Source: Bugula neritina (taxonomy: Eukaryota > Animalia > Bryozoa). From it: a stretch of 64,000 nucleotides of DNA. Location: NCBI GenBank assembly GCA_964035545.1, contig OZ037770.1:14746642-14810641 (forward strand). The letters are read 5' to 3'. The translations under genes and the position numbers were made by a program. The notes below the pieces were generated by a model. It ran no database searches. It had not been told where the DNA came from and worked only from the letters and a program-made list of their open reading frames with translations. Shown piece by piece: positions 12,751 to 27,000 of this stretch. The number at the start of each line of letters is the position of its first letter. Positions within the stretch are counted from its first letter, which is position 1.

Positions 12751-15700
12751 ACTGCATATACCACTTGAATTAATTTGAGATGTACTTTAAAAGCATTTTA
12801 TATGGCACTTATATAAATTCAGATATTTAGTAATTATAAGTATTGCGATTGGCTTTAATAAGATTCTCTATATATGACAGTATTTAATTATACATGCATA
12901 GTAAGTAACTATGGCATTAAATTAGCAATTTAAACACGTCTATGCATGGTTGAGCTGAATTATAGTAGAATAAGTCTCTAAGCAAACTAAATTTGACTTA
13001 TTTTAGACAAAACTTGTAAAAAATTGCTGATTGTTTTTACCAAAGTATGAAATGAGATTATCATGGAAAGGCACCGAGAACTTCCAGTTTCTGTCACCAA
13101 ATTAGTTTCTTGTCAAATGTTTTGTTAACAGTTAACAGCACTGTAAAATATTGTTGCTTTAGATTAAACTAGTAAGAGAAGAGCAATTCACACAATCATT
13201 TGCGTCAACATAATAACAATGTTTTTATGCTCTGTTGGCTTTGTAAGATACTTCATGCTTATTAAGCAACTAGTCAAGCGTGAAGTATTTTTCAGATGAT
13301 TTTTATTGAATTTTCATTCAGTTGAAATGTTGAAACTTTGTTGAGTAATTTCAAACTGTTTGTATATTATTTGATGTCACTATACAGGAGAGCAATTAAA
13401 TTACATGCTTATGAAGTCAACATGACGTGTTTTGTCATGTCATATTTACATGTTGAAAAAAAACAACTTTTTGCATTTTAATTTATCCCTATTAATGATT
13501 TCAGCTAGACTTAAACATTTTTATTAAAGTATAACAATAATTAATCAAATACTTTAATTTTACTAGTCATCTGATCAAAGCATGACTAAGTAGTTTAGAC
13601 ATCATTTTTTTTAGTAGATTAATTGTGGAATTTTTCACTTCAGGATTTGATTGTTAGAAATATAAGTTATAAATATATGGAATAATTTGCACTGTCAGAG
13701 ATTTATTTTTTATTTTCAATTTACTTACTTAAACTAAAGATTTTGTTTCATTCATAATTCAAAGAAATAATTAAATCTTATAATTAATATAGTAAAAGAA
13801 ATTAGTTGTTTCTTATCTACCACAAGAATCTTTGGCTAAGCTTTTGTGATTATCATCTGTTCCAATTATAGAACCCATGCTATAGAGAATTTCTTTATTA
13901 ACTCAAGTGGTGTTTAAAATCTAGTATAAGATTTTAATGCCAATTCAAGACATTTTGGTTTGTCTAAACTTGCATATATTTTTAACTGTAAAAATCAAAA
14001 GTGAGTTATTTTATAATACAAGTCTGTAACTTGTCAAGAAGCGACTAGAAAAAACCCAAAATTGCAAGTTTTTTTTAATGACTGAGTGAGCTTTGTAGAT
14101 CTTTAAATTATGATTGTTTAAGTGAAGTTGAAAGTATTTATCACTTACAATAGGAGAACTAATCTAGCGAGTCTCACAAATGCTATTTCAAAGCTATTTC
14201 AGTTTTGAGATGTTATAGGTTCTGTCAGGTGAAACTTTTGCTAATTGCCAACTAGAATTCTGCAAGACTGCATTGTCTCCGCAATAAATTGTTGACTTTT
14301 TGATGACGGAATAAACATTTGAACCAGCTGCCAAAATTCTGTGTCACCTTGATCTTGCTAAGTCATGATAACAAAAAATATGGCTACTATAATCTTTCTG
14401 TGGAATCCTATATTTTAGTGACAAAAAATTTAGTCATAAATTAAATTGGTTTAGTTAAATTAAAAAAATCAGGCAATAACTTCTAAAAAATTTCATATTT
14501 TTTATGCAACTGCAATTTAGTCATTAATTCAGAGATATTTGATTTTTTTATTTTGATGACTTGCAAAGTTTCTGTTTTATTTTTAGTAATTCCAAAGCAT
14601 AGGAATTATCAACATTATAAATATTCAGGTATTTGCGCTGCTTAATCCATCAACATCTGTTTATTATACAAATTATATCATCATATGATCATATGCTATA
14701 TCCTATAAGATCACCACTACAGATCACTATTCTATCATATCATCTCATATCATACCATATACCATATAGTATATAGTATCATATATCATACTATTATTAT
14801 AATAACATTATATTATATTAATATTATAAGACTAATTGCTCTGCATACAATATATAATGTTTCAAGTTGACAAATACTTGGGCCGGTCTAGTGTTTTTGA
14901 GGTCAAAGTAGAACATTTTACCAAGGCATAGTTTATTTCTACTATAATTACTAACGAAATTAAGCTCGTATAGGTCAGTTTGACTAAACAATTGTACACA
15001 TATAAATGACATATCTATTCGTACAAGGCTTTGGTTTATCTTTTCTTATTTGTCTTTTTCAAAGTAGTGCAGTAATATAATTATAGCAATGCCAGATTTT
15101 TTCCTACTTATTGTGGGAGGTAAAACCAACTTCCCTAACATTATTTACGTAATCAAAGAAGTTGCATTTCTATTTATCAAGTTTCAGCAGAGAATTATCC
15201 CCCAACTTGTTTGCACTGTTTCTCTTTTTGTACAAGTTGCAAGTAAAATTGCTTCTGTCTGTTTCTCTCTGCTTATTCTCAAGACCTGGGTACCTGTACT
15301 TTTCAACTATGCTGCATTAGGTATACTTGGTTTTGCTGAGCATGCTTAAGTACTCTATCTAATAAAAACAAGTAAAATTATATCTAATTAAAGAATTTAT
15401 TACATACAAATAATGCGTGTGATAAAAATGACAGCACAGTACTATTACAATCGTTTTATAACTTTTTATAATATATATACACATACGGTAACACATATAC
15501 ACAATAAATCTTTCACAGCTTTATTATTTCTTTCCAAGATCTTCAAAACCATTTTTTTTAGAGATTCTATAATATGACAAAAATGATCTTCCCTTGGCTG
15601 TCAAACATTGTCTGCATATTACAAAGCATTAATGAACAAGTTTATATATCTGAAAGATTATTATATAATATATGGATCAAGATGCCACCACTAATTTCAT

Positions 15701-15899
15701 AGTTGAAAATGAGATGTTTGCTTTTGCGTTATAAATTGTCTTCTTTTTCTAATATTATAGTTAATGCTTTGCATTTATATAGATTGCATTAAACATATTA
15801 ATATGTCTACGCTCTAGTGTCTGTGTCATACAAGTTTTCAGTTTTGTAATCAATAAACTTATTTAAAATAATCTTGAATTTGCATTCAGTTTGCCGTCT

Positions 15900-16783
15900 C
15901 AAGTCATGGAGAAGCATTTTGTGTGACGGTACAACAGAGTTTTGTAATAATCCTGCCAGACTTACAACTTTCGTGTCTATCAACGTTTTTAGTATCATTG
16001 TCAACATTCTACATTTAATTGGATTAAAAACATTGGATAAGTCAAAGCAAACAGCGTACTTCTAGATATTGGTGAATATCGGAGTGTTGGACATAGCATC
16101 TAGTGTAGCCTATAGCCCAGCATTTAGTTGCATTGTGCTCAAACTGTTCCTTAACTTGCAATATATTCAATATCGCGTATTTCAAATAACAACTACAATC
16201 CTTGCTTTTAATTCAAAAGTGCTTCGAAATTCGTGCTTTGCTCTTAGCAGCTATGAGAAGTATATTTTCCTTTGTTAACCTTTCAAAGTCAGCTCTGATA
16301 AAATACTTGTATATTTAAATAATCTGGGTTACTATATAACAGCATAACAATGTCAGTAACCATAGCAATAAACACTCCGCCCTCTTGTATTAGTGACTTC
16401 GGAGCTATACCTACCCAAATTACTGTCGCAGAAAAGGTTTAATTCTTCTTAAATACCAACCTAACTTTTGCTATCTGCATGGTCTGTCTGTGTAAGTCAT
16501 GGAAGGAACTCAAAAGAATGCAGCGGGCAACACATTTGGAAATTCTGATGATGTTTTAATTAAGAGGTCATTGCAGTATATAATGCTTATTTGTGCAATG
16601 CTTTTCCTGTCATATGTACCAACATTTTTAGGGATAGTATTTGATATGATCATAGTCTCCTTAGCTTTTGCAATAAGATGGGTTGCATTTTTCTATCAAC
16701 CTATTTATGGAATTACAAATGTGATTGTATACATCTATATGTCCTCTGTATACCGTATTCATGCAAATAATCTGCCCCGGTGA
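15900..16783 (+). pseudogene. Intronless rhodopsin-like 7TM GPCR pseudogene
   Basis: Hydrophobic segments run across three consecutive ORFs: TM1 (FVSINVFSIIVNILHL), TM2 (ILVNIGVLDI), end of TM3 ALSSYEKYIFLC*PF (ERY..C.PF-like), TM6 (LFLSYVPTF) and TM7 (YGITNVIVYIYMSSVYR). In-frame stops at 16063-16065 and 16276-16278, plus a frameshift before 16499. Confidence 0.72.
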
Positions 16784-18843
16784 AAGAAACCAACAGCCGT
16801 TGCTCCTGGAAACAACATGGTTGACAGATGCAACAGTTAACTGCATGAGACTGCAATTAGACACTAGCTAACAATATTGCATAGACTTGGCTTTCTCATG
16901 CTGTAAAAGCAGTACAGCCAGTAAATAGATTGCCATGGAGCTTTATGTGTCATATTATATAACATACTGCTTACTCAAGTGTTTGAACTTCATGATTATA
17001 ATAGCTGGTGTAAATTATGTTTTAGATTCAATTATATTATAAATAAAAAATATAAAATTATAAATGGTATATTTATGCTTCTTTAAATATTGTGCAAAAT
17101 CATTTCAAATTAATAAAAAAGTCATATACATGTACACACATACATGGTGATGAAAGTTGACAGTTAACTTTCATTATACTGACAATTGGCACAAATTTGT
17201 CATGCTACAAAACAATTTTGTAGGTGCGGTTCATTTTAAACAAATGTAATAGTTGGTTTAACCTATAAATTATAGTATTCAGAGTATTGTAACTTAATGA
17301 CCAGTATGTTAATTATATATACTGTGTGTGGTGTAGGTGAATTTTGGAAAATATTTTATGCAATTTTTAATTCAACCAATTTCTATAATATTTTTTCTCG
17401 TTTTTGTGACTTTTAAAAGACGTTGTCTTATTTAATAAATTATGCACCTAATTTCGTTAACATTACAATAATGTGCCACAAAGAGACATTTGCACTTTTT
17501 AAGGATACATATAGAAAGAAATATTTGTCAATGTCACTCTGCATATCATGCTGCAGAAAATTTCAAACTGCACACTCAGTATAATTGCATTTAATACAAA
17601 GCAATAAAGTTATATATTAATATGCTCAAACCTTTGTCAGTTTACGAATTAATAAAGTAATAATACTGCAACGCCATGTTTGACTAAGGATAACTCTGAA
17701 AGCCATATTGGCTATAGCTATCACATGCTTTCAACAAAATAAGTTGAAATGCTTCTACATGAACAATATCTTCAACTAGCAGTCCTGAATAATAAGTTTT
17801 ATATATTCAGTCATTTCATTTAGTATACAATTAGAAAATACTATAAATGCACTACTTTACGCGACATAAACCATTAAATTTATGACATTTTTATTATAAA
17901 AGCAAATAAACTCAATAGATTTCTTTAAATCTTTTAGCATATTTTTTAGAAAAAAATTTCAATATTTTTCTAATCATTTGTAAGTAACATTAGAAAACAG
18001 TCAAAGTTACAATGCTGATAAGAAAAAGCGCTCAAGAGTTAATCATGCAGGTGCAAACTCTAATTTGGGCTGTGCTATTCTTATTTATTATTCAAGAAAA
18101 TTATTATATGCTAATTGAGTGAAAGAGCTAATGGGTTTGTAAAGTGAGTAAACATCATGTCTCTGTATGTAACATCACTCACTTTGAAGGCTGCCAATTA
18201 GTGTTGTGGGCTTGTGAAGCTACGTAATTTGGTGAAGGTTATAATTGATGTCTAACCCACAGCTTAGATAACACCCTCAAACATGTCATGTTTATGCAAA
18301 TGGCTTTGCAGGCTTAATTTTCTTCTTAATTTGAGTCTAACTCATTTAATTCTTTCACTCAAAAACAAAAGGTAGGTTGTGTTTTAAACTACTTCCGGTA
18401 AAATAATTTTTGAAAATGGATGGGTTGGACATGGAATAACAAAAGAAATTGTGGGGTTTAAAAGGTGTGGCAGTTAGAAGGTTTCATAAACTCGGGTAAA
18501 ATAAATAGTCACGAGGAATACTTCCTTTTTTCTAATGGCACCCACACCCCTGTTGGTTTTCTAAATTGCATTAGCACAATACAAGGTTAAATGACTCTAT
18601 TACCAATATGCAAATTTTGTTGTAATCTTGAAGGAACAGTCGCATTCAGGCGTGTCGTATGAAACCATTTTACATCGGAGACGTTGTCAAATAACCTCAG
18701 CTGTCTTTAGCCCAAACAAATGATGTCTTTAGTTTATTATTTGACGCAACTGTTTGAGTAATTATCTGAGTTTATGCCAACCAACTAATTTATTCTAAGC
18801 GAACACCCTTTGTTAAACAATTATATTAACTGCAGGCAGAGAG

Positions 18844-18853
18844 TATATATAAA
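18844..18853 (+). promoter_or_regulatory. Candidate TATA box for the orphan secreted-protein gene
   Basis: TATATATAAA about 90 nt upstream of ATG 18942; weak evidence in AT-rich DNA. Confidence 0.3.
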
Positions 18854-18941
18854 TGGAGTTTCCAGCTTCTTTCCAACATATCACTTCAAAACTGCATTGC
18901 ATACACAACACACCATCAGAGGCGCCAACTTATTAGAAACA

Positions 18942-19869
18942 ATGAAGATTTTACAGTACGCTATTTTCTTGGTAAGTTTTTCATATAGATACTATAATAT
19001 AGCATCAAAGTTACATGTATTAAAATTCCTTGTATTATTCACTGATAAAGCTAGACTGTTTGCGTGAATAAAATTCTATAAGCATACTTACTATAGAAAT
19101 ACTTGAAGATTGAATCTTGTTTCTAAAAGTGCAAATATATTTATTGAGTTTTCAATACTAATTCCATGTTATAGATTATTTCAATTACCATGTATATGTG
19201 TTTTCAGAATTTGCATGAAGCTATAAAATATTTTTGCAATGACATATCACCAAACAGTTCATTCCCTTTCAGGTTGTGTTAGTTTCGCTGTCTCGTGCGA
19301 TGCCAGTGGCCAATATCTTCAACTTACAAGCTAGAGGTATGTATGGATACTCTGAAAGCTCCAACTTGGGATTTTACAGTACATATGAATAGTTTCATGC
19401 ATATGCTTTTTGAGGAAAATACATTGTCACTTTCTTTACTAAATAAGCAAATAATAAATGCAATTACAGTTTTTTAATCAAATCAAATCAATATATCAGA
19501 GTTTTTATTTAAAACGGTAAATACATAGCCTGATTGAATATCAGCTCATTTCACTGATACACAAGAAAGGTAATGTTTGAAACAATTATATTATTTTACT
19601 TGTAATTAGACTAGAAAAGCTAATAGCCTGTTGTTTTTTCCAATGCAGCTGGCGTTGAAGTCATCAGATTTGGAGGCAGCAGTGGTTGTGACAGCAGCAG
19701 CGACAGTAGCAGCAGTAGAAGCTGTAGTGACAGCGCTGGCGTTGATATAGAGCAAGTAGAAGACCCCACAACTACAGCAATAACTGCTGCCGCTGTGACC
19801 ACAACTGTGGCAGCAGCTAATGCTGCTAGTTCTACTTTGTTTACCACAGTCCGTCACATTCATTCATGA
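18942..19869 (+). CDS. Small (104 aa) secreted Ser/Asp- and Thr/Ala-rich protein of unknown function. Exons 18942-18971, 19273-19336, 19649-19869
   Basis: Canonical splice sites join in phase to give MKILQYAIFLVVLVSLSRAMPVANIFNLQARAGVEVIRFGGSSGCDSSSDSSSSRSCSDSAGVDIEQVEDPTTTAITAAAVTTTVAAANAASSTLFTTVRHIHS*. A clear signal peptide is split over exons 1-2. Confidence 0.72.
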
Positions 19870-21017
19870 TAATCATTTCAATGTCAATTGATAGCTTTTT
19901 TAAATTTGTACTTTCTTTGTTATATTTTATGTTGTAATCATTAATGAACAGCATGTTTTATTATAGCTTTAGCATTTAGGCCAGTGGTATTTTATAAATT
20001 AATTGGTTATGGAAATTGTACAAGTTTTAAACAAGTAATTTATAGCAATATTTGCTTATTGTTAGCATGTACATTAAAAGAAAATAACAATAAAAACACA
20101 ATTTTCAAACAATCTCATTCTAAACCATTCTTAAGCTTTCTCTTGTTGCTAAGCAGCAAAGTAATTTATCAACATATTGGCAAATACAATTAAATTTGTG
20201 TTGTGCTTAATTTCCAAATAAAAACAAATTTTAAATAAAAGATGCATTGCTTATTTAATGCATAAACCAGAACAGAGTCAAATTAGCTACTATATTGGAA
20301 ATAATAACAACAGCTAAAAAGCATGAATTTCAAACACACGATAAACAGTGTAAAAAGTTACTGCAATGTTTCAAAAAGATTTTTAATCTTAATTTAAGAA
20401 TATGTTGAAAAAAACAAGCAATGGGGAGAGTTTTGCTGCAAGTTGGAAAATTTTAAATTTAACACTTGTGAAGTGATATATGTTGCATTATAACCTTTAT
20501 GAATCCGCTAGCACTGAGACTGCGACTATAGTTTTAGATCATTTTTATTTCAAGTTAAGTAATGCTATATTATATACACATGTGTAAATACATTTATTGT
20601 AATATTATGATCTGTTAAAAATTAAAAGCATAAAGGAATAAAACAATATTGAGAACCAGCAAACTTTTAGGTAATTCAACAAAAATATTTCAATCTTGCC
20701 GAGTCACATTAAACAAGAAAGCTGACTAAGTTCACAGTAATTCAAAAGAATACTTTGAAGGTCATCAAGAACCACAAATTATATATTCAAAAAAAAGAAA
20801 CTTGTAGAAATATCTCATTTCAGTATAAAAATAACAACATTTTATTCTATTTCCTGTTGACTTTTATACAGAATTTTATACTGCTAGTGCTTTCACAAAT
20901 TGTACAAAAATTAGATCTTTCTTGAAAATAATATCGCAATATATTCAGGGTAATACTTGTACAATTAAAACTAGTTAATTTGCGTTAAGATCTCAGACTA
21001 CATACTTGTTCTAGTTC

Positions 21018-24000
21018 TCAGACTATGTATTTGTTCCCTCCAACCATCACATTCGGCATGCTACCGTTACTAAACTTTACATCGGCTCGACGCTGCTCTT
21101 CGTCATCCAAGGAAGTTCGGGGGCGCGGCACAGGGGCCCTACCTGAAGTCGGCTTTTGTTGAGCGTAGTGGTTGTTATGGTGATACAAGAAATCTATATC
21201 GTGTGGAGACAACTTCTTAGTGTCGGGGGTTCCTGGAAGTGGTAGAGGCTGTTCGTAGCCTGTAAGTAGAGAAATTGTGTAATTTGAATAGTTGCGTAAT
21301 ATATTTATTTTATATTTATTTTATTTGAGTAATATACTTATTATGTTTATTATAGCTGAGCAATATATATTGATTTTACATAATTAGTGAGACACCAAAG
21401 CAAACATTAAATAGGAACATGATGCAACCTCTAAATTTCATTGCTAATTTACACTTTGAAAGACATAGACATATATACAGTGTATATCTAATGAACAGCG
21501 TGGAATACATGCTTACTATCAGGCAGGGAATCCTTGTCCACGTATTGTACGTTCACATCGCCATTAATGTATCTCTCATCAGCATGGTAGTTCTCGGGGA
21601 TTAACCTGGTCAAACTCCGAGCGTACGAGTATATAAACTCTACTGTAACACAATATATTACAATATTGATATTACGTAATTTATAGTACAATATTGATAT
21701 TACATAATTTATAGTCCAACAATTATAATGCTTGTAGTACAGTAGTTATATCACAATATCTGTATTACAATATTCATATTACAGTATGCATACTATAATA
21801 TTTATAGTACAATAGTTATATTACAATATTCATATTACAAAATCTGTATCACAATGTTTACATACAATGTACTTCATTGAAGTAGTTCACTGAGTTTAAA
21901 TAACAGGAATTATATTAGGAAAGTTTATAACTCAACAAAGAATTTCCTAGAAAAAAATATAAAGATTCATTTATAGTAAAATTAAAATATAAATTATTAT
22001 TTTCGTCAAAAATTGTAACTTTAGTATTTCTTGGCATCAGTTTTAAACCTTTCAACAGACGCCCTGACTGTAGTCTACTGCTAAATTTAAGGTAGCTACT
22101 ACAAACACTTTGCTTTTAGAGGGGCCTACGCTGCATACTATTTATTATTCATGCGTTATTCTTGTGTGTATGATGTGCTATTTATTTGTTTGTTATTCTA
22201 GAAGTTATTCTAGCTCGTACCGTCATTCGGGTTTTCCCCAAACTTGTACTCTCTTGCACTCAGCAAACAGCCTTCCAGCGTCTCCCTTATCTCAGAAAAG
22301 TTTGGTCGTTTCATTGGGTCAACATTCCAACACCTTTCTATATACCCGAACCTGAAATAAAGTTTTATATATAAAATTGGTAGTAAATAAACTCCTAATG
22401 CTAATATAAAAAGAATAATTTAAATATATTAGTAATATATAATACTAATAAGACATGATGTAATATGAATGAGTAAACAGGAAATGAGTAAACAGGAAGT
22501 AAAGAACATGAAATGAAGAACTTACAAGGCAGGTTCAGTGTTGACAGGTCTGCACAGTCTATAACCTTGCTGTAAGTGCTGTATAATCTCACTGTTGGCT
22601 ATTCCAGGGTATGGGTGACTACCACGAGTCAATAACTCCCACATCAGCACACCGAATGACCACTGCAACATGGAATAACATATGTAGGTGTATAAAATAT
22701 GTGTATTGAAAGCATATATAGGAGAAAAGTATTAATAATCATAATGCTGTCATAATAATATTATAATACTTATACTTATAACATATTACAGTATCATTTG
22801 GTCAAATGATAATATTTTTATTACTATAAAGTATAGTCACATTATAAATATTCAACAGAATAGTTTGCATTATTACTAACCACTTCAGTGGCAGAGTTGT
22901 AGAAGCCACTTGTGAGACACTCTAAGGCCATCCATTTGACAGGGCGGGGCTTACTCGTGTCATTCTCCCGGTAATAGCTGCCTTCATACACGTCTCTACT
23001 CAGCCCAAAGTCAGCGATCTTCACAAGAAATGTGTCATCAACTCTGCAAGCAAATATGGCAGCATTAGTAGTAACTAGGTCATGGTACATTAGCAGTAAC
23101 TAGGTCATGGTACATTAGCAGTAACTAGGTCATGGTACATTAGTAGTAACTAGGTCATGGTACATTAGTAGTAATTAGGTCATGGTACATTAGCAGTAAT
23201 TAGGTCATGGCAGCATTAGTAGTAACTAGGTCATGATACATCAGCACTACCTATTTTACGTACAGCAGATGTGAACAATTATTGTGAGCTATGATAATGG
23301 GTCAAATTGTATAAGTATTTAAAGTAATATTCATTTTTGAGCAATTACTTATGTATACTTTTAAACAAGAGAAGTTCATTATTCAAAAGAAAAATGCTGG
23401 AAAATAAAATTGCAAAAATACGAACTATATTTTAAATTATTGCACTTTAACTGCTTTTTCCATGCATTTTATTTTGCATAGTGATGATAATTAAATACAG
23501 AATGAGAAAAAAAAAGTAAATGAGAAAAAGTCACTCACAGACAATTTCTAACAGCTAGATCTCTATGCAGACACTTGTTATCAGTCAAGTATTCCATTCC
23601 CTTTGCCACTTGCATCCCGAAATGAACGAGATCTCCGTTTGTGAACAACTGAAAAAGGAAAAAAAAACTAATGATTATCAGAGCTTAAAAGGCAAGAAAG
23701 TGTAATCTAAGAGTTAGAGAGGCAAGAAAGTGTAATCTGAGTCATAACTAAAGAGGCAAGAAGGTGCAATCTAAGTCATATCAAATTAAAGTCGCCTACC
23801 ATTTCTGGTTTCCTGAGAAGAGAACCCAGATCCCCGAGCGCCATGTACGGCAGAACAACATTAGGTCTGTCTCCGATTCTCCAGCAGACACCCAGCGTCG
23901 CCAGGATGTTGGCGTGACTGAAGTCTTTCATGAAAATAGCTTCTTCCAGAAACTCTTGCAGCTGTTTCATATCGATATCTGCCGTTTCTACAAAGAAATC

Positions 24001-27000
24001 AAATTAATGTTACATGTAATGGCATTACATAGAGTTAGAACATTGCATTAGCATGTTGTATTATCTATTTAGAGTTTTCTTTTAGTTAAAATAATGACTA
24101 TATGCTTGACTTTAGCTTGTCGTCCATCTGATGCTTTTTCTTAGAACAACGTTTTCGTTATTGCTTTTGGAAGTGACCGAAAGAGGGCTTAACCAATAAA
24201 ACATTCTTACAATGACAATACCTATATTGAAGCACATTATATCACACATTTTTTATGCTTAGCACCATAGTAGCCTATATTGTAATCATACATCTATGGT
24301 AGAATTAATTTCAAGCTTTCCTGCAATTTCCTTTTTAATGAGCTAATTATCATCATAATTTACCTGCAATAGTAAAAGTTAGACTATGACTGGCCATTTA
24401 TAGAAATTTTTGTGACTTCTTGCAACCTTGTTTTTGCAAAAATTTGCTACATGCTGACTGATAAACTATTGTGCAAAAGCATCTTCACAAGATTAAATTA
24501 AATAGAAATACAAACCTTTTAGTGTTTTAACTGCAACCGTTTTGAGCACATTTCCTTTAAGTTGAAGTTGTCCAAGATAAACTTTACCAAAGTTACCTGC
24601 AACAATACACAGGGTGAAATTTATATACTATTTTGTGGTGTTAATATATTCTACCCACATAATTCAGAATATTTGATCTGTGCCATTTATAAAATAAAAC
24701 ATTAAAATTTATTTCAAACTTATACAACAGCTAAACTTGAAAAGCAACAACTGTAAAAAAAATTGAAAGATTAAAATAATTTGTCACGAGCAAATATTAG
24801 AGAATAGAAATAATAATTTAAAGCAATAATTCAATATATTATAATTTGTAGTTTATTATCATCATTCGACGAATGCATTCATATACATACATACAGCACT
24901 GGCGCACAAACACACATCCAGTTATGAAGAAAAAATAAATCTGCAATCATGAATTGACAAAATTATTACATTACTAACAAGTCATAACCATTATGCATCT
25001 TATTATAAGAAAAGAGATTAATTTGTAGCATATTTTTTGGATTAGCACATTGCAAATTTCATAGTTACACATCTAAATAAGAGCAGTAAACATCACCAAC
25101 CTCTACCAATCGGCTCGGATTTAGGATTGAAGCTAAGTTTGGAAGAATCAATGTAGATGTCATTGAGCTTTATTCTTAGTTCACACGGCAAGATCATCTC
25201 CAGACCTCCATTTCCATCATCTGTCAGAAGAAATATATTTTAAAAATATAATAACATAATATTATTATATAGTGTAATATAGCATAATAATTATATATTA
25301 ATATATAGCACAATGTAGCGCAGTATAGAAAACTATAATATTATAGCGCGGTATAGCGTAATATAATATTATAAAGGAATTTAATGATATTTAGTGTAAT
25401 AAGATGAAAAATAATATTGCCATATAGCATGAAAATGTAGAGTAATATAATACAGCATGATGGTACTATAATATTAATACAGCATTATGTAGAATAACAA
25501 ATTATTAAAATATACCATAACATGATATAATACATTACATACGTATCATTATGCTGTATATATATGGTATAACATGACACAATATGATAACATAACATAA
25601 TATATAATACAGGATAATATAAGAATATAGTATGATATGAAACAATAGTAAAGAGTCTTGAAGTTAAGATGGAAATATATTCTGTGTTTTTTATTATTTT
25701 TTAAAATAGACAACTTGATTATTATTTTTATCAGGAGAGAAAACTGACCAGTTTGAAAAAACACAGTTTGTACAACCTACAACATTTCAGAGCCATTACC
25801 AAAAGTTATGACGCTTGTCCAAAAATTTGCTCTTCATGAAAGCTTAAAAAAATTACATGCAATAATTTGTTCCAAAACTTTAAAAGCCAAATTACCTTCA
25901 TATCTAATTGGTAGTTGTGAAATCGGCGACCTTGGTTGCTTTCTCTTGTACAGGAGGTAAGCAAGAAGAGCTATGATGATGACAACAGCAGTCACTACCA
26001 CTGGCACTACTATATCAACTAACCCTGAAATCATATTCATTGGATATATGCATTCCATTTCGTTATATATAACGTGCATTAGACGAGCCAAATACAAAAC
26101 ATTGACTAATGTAAAATTAATACACAACAATACTTACAAATTAACAAATTTTAATTAAAATTACAATTCAACAAGAAGTCATAATAAAATACTATTATAA
26201 AATAAAAAAATGTGCCCAATTAAGGAGGTTGTAGTAAGTTTAGTAACTGGTGGAACTGAGGCTAAGTGCTAGACTGGTTTCCCATCAATTATGCAAGACT
26301 CAGCAAGAGTTGGAATTTAGATTTCATATCTATTTTAACATCATTAATACAATTCACACACAAATTAGTCTCCAATGAGTGCATACCTGTGGAAGTGGGA
26401 GGATCTTTAACAGGGCCAGCTGTGTGGCTGATGAAGAATTTAACTTCACCAATGGTGTAGTTTTTACCAGCAACCGAAACCTGTAAACATAATATTATAT
26501 AAATACATATACCACCGCTGCATTCATAAGAGCAATGCATGAAAATGAGGGTTTTTCAAGGGTGCAAAAAAAACTAAGACTAAATAACAAGCAATTACAA
26601 CTATCTTGCATCATAGAAAAGAGTTTGGGCTTAAAACTAACCAACAATAAAAAAATAGCATTTCAAACTCTGTAATTTCAACAAAATAAAAACTTTAACT
26701 TTTATCAGCTTGCAGGCATATATGAAAATAACTTTGTTTGCGACATCTTGATAGAAACTACTGTTACACCAGAAAAGGCAAAATTCTTCAAATACCGGAG
26801 TAAAAGTTATATTTCAGTTGCAGCTATAGCGATTACCTGTAAGTCAGCTATAAGGATTACCTGTAAGTCAGCATTGAGGATTAACTGTAAATCAGCAATG
26901 AGAATTACCTGTAAATCAGCTAGAAGGTTCGGAGTGTGGGCAGGTATGCTGATAGAGTACAGGGGAGGTTCACATACAACAGTAGCTTGGCTAATTCTTG

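Noticed and set aside
19606-19863. Minus-strand Cys-rich (metallothionein-like) or hydrophobic ORFs
   Set aside because: Antisense shadows of the plus-strand exon, which has splice-site and signal-peptide support.
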